A stretch of 64,000 nt of DNA from Octopus vulgaris (Eukaryota), in the NCBI GenBank assembly GCA_951406725.2, contig OX597822.1, forward strand, positions 110,174,001-110,238,000. The letters run 5' to 3'. The stretch's first letter is position 1, and each line of letters begins with the position of its first letter. The position numbers and the translations under genes are program-made. The notes below the pieces were generated by a model. The model saw only the letters and a list, made by a program, of their open reading frames with translations, did not search any database and was not told the DNA's origin. This document shows positions 63,096-64,000 of the stretch, piece by piece.

Positions 63096-63102
63096 TAAAG
63101 AA
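62875..63102. repeat. GA-rich polypurine low-complexity tract
   Basis: Directly visible. Confidence 0.9.
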
Positions 63103-64000
63103 AGGCTTTGAACCAGAATAATTGTAAGCTTTTGTTACTTATATTCAGGAGAGAAAAAAAGAGTGGTAGGGAGAATAGACCATTTATATATATATATATA
63201 TATATGCACATACACCACTATTCTGAGTGAAGATTAAGTTGTGTATTCTATACAGAAGAGATAATCTGTAGATATTGTTTTCTGTTATTATAATTTGATG
63301 ATGCTAATAAGAAAAGTAATAATTTTACGTCCTACAAATACATTAGCGACGTAAATGAATTCAACAGAAAAAGAAAAAAATACTGTATGGAGGTGGGTAG
63401 TGTGTTATCTTTCGTGTAATATTGTATATTTGGGTTAGTTCAATCAATTTCCCGACACACAAAATGACACTGGAATTTGTTATTAGAAATCAATATTTAG
63501 CTCTGCAGAAGCCGATAGTTTTTGTCATATAAAGTACGCGAAATTTCTTGAGGTAGTTTAAGCAAGGTTAACAATTCTTTTCAGTAAGATTTTCGAACGA
63601 GAATATTGGTCAAATGCAGAGAAAGGAACAGTGAGTTTGATTTCCAACGGAATCGGTGTTTTGTTCACGATGGTCATTGTTATCAGTTAGGATGAGAAAT
63701 AAATATATTCTGCAGACGGAAGCAGGTGTAGATCTGATAGACCAAGTCGGTGGCTCGTGAAGTTGGACGAGTAGGGAAGGAAGTCGCTGTTTAGCATCAG
63801 TTTACTAAAGTTATTCCTATTACAACCGCACCATCATCATCGCCACTATTACTGACTCAGTTACCACAACGATTCCTACAACCCATTGAGTCTGTGATTC
63901 AAGCTGTTGTAATTCAAGCTACAAAAACCACCAATAATTTCAGTAAATCTGAGAAATTCCGAACACGTTACAAATGCATAAACAGAATACACGAGCGGGG

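Overview
AT-rich eukaryotic (animal) non-coding DNA, intergenic or deep-intronic. It is dominated by (TA)n/(CA)n/(ATT)n microsatellites and interspersed repeats. The repeat landscape resembles that of coleoid cephalopods (Octopus), but this is my inference and not a database result. I could not support any host-gene exon, and nearly all ORFs in the track are microsatellite or SINE read-throughs. Recognisable content: four tRNA-head SINE families, labelled here A-D (about 30 copies); one nearly intact CR1-group LINE (CCCH-finger ORF1 end plus APE-RT ORF2 with a single frameshift) and a decayed, internally deleted relative; a CR1/L2 3' fragment; two decayed maT/DD37D-type Tc1/mariner elements; a pogo/Tigger-like MITE; two non-autonomous Helitrons; a Penelope-like RT fragment; and many fold-back (inverted-repeat) elements. 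Most notable: (1) two diverged copies of a CCHC-ORF1 (Tx1/L1-like) retroelement that both abut the same position of the SINE-A tRNA-like head, suggesting SINE-targeted insertion; (2) a head-to-head inverted element carrying a minimal hammerhead-ribozyme motif and a Pol III B-box remnant; (3) a group of fold-back elements sharing a CATGCTAGA motif, including a perfect palindrome with 107-bp arms; (4) a recurrent breakpoint at one stem-loop of SINE-B.
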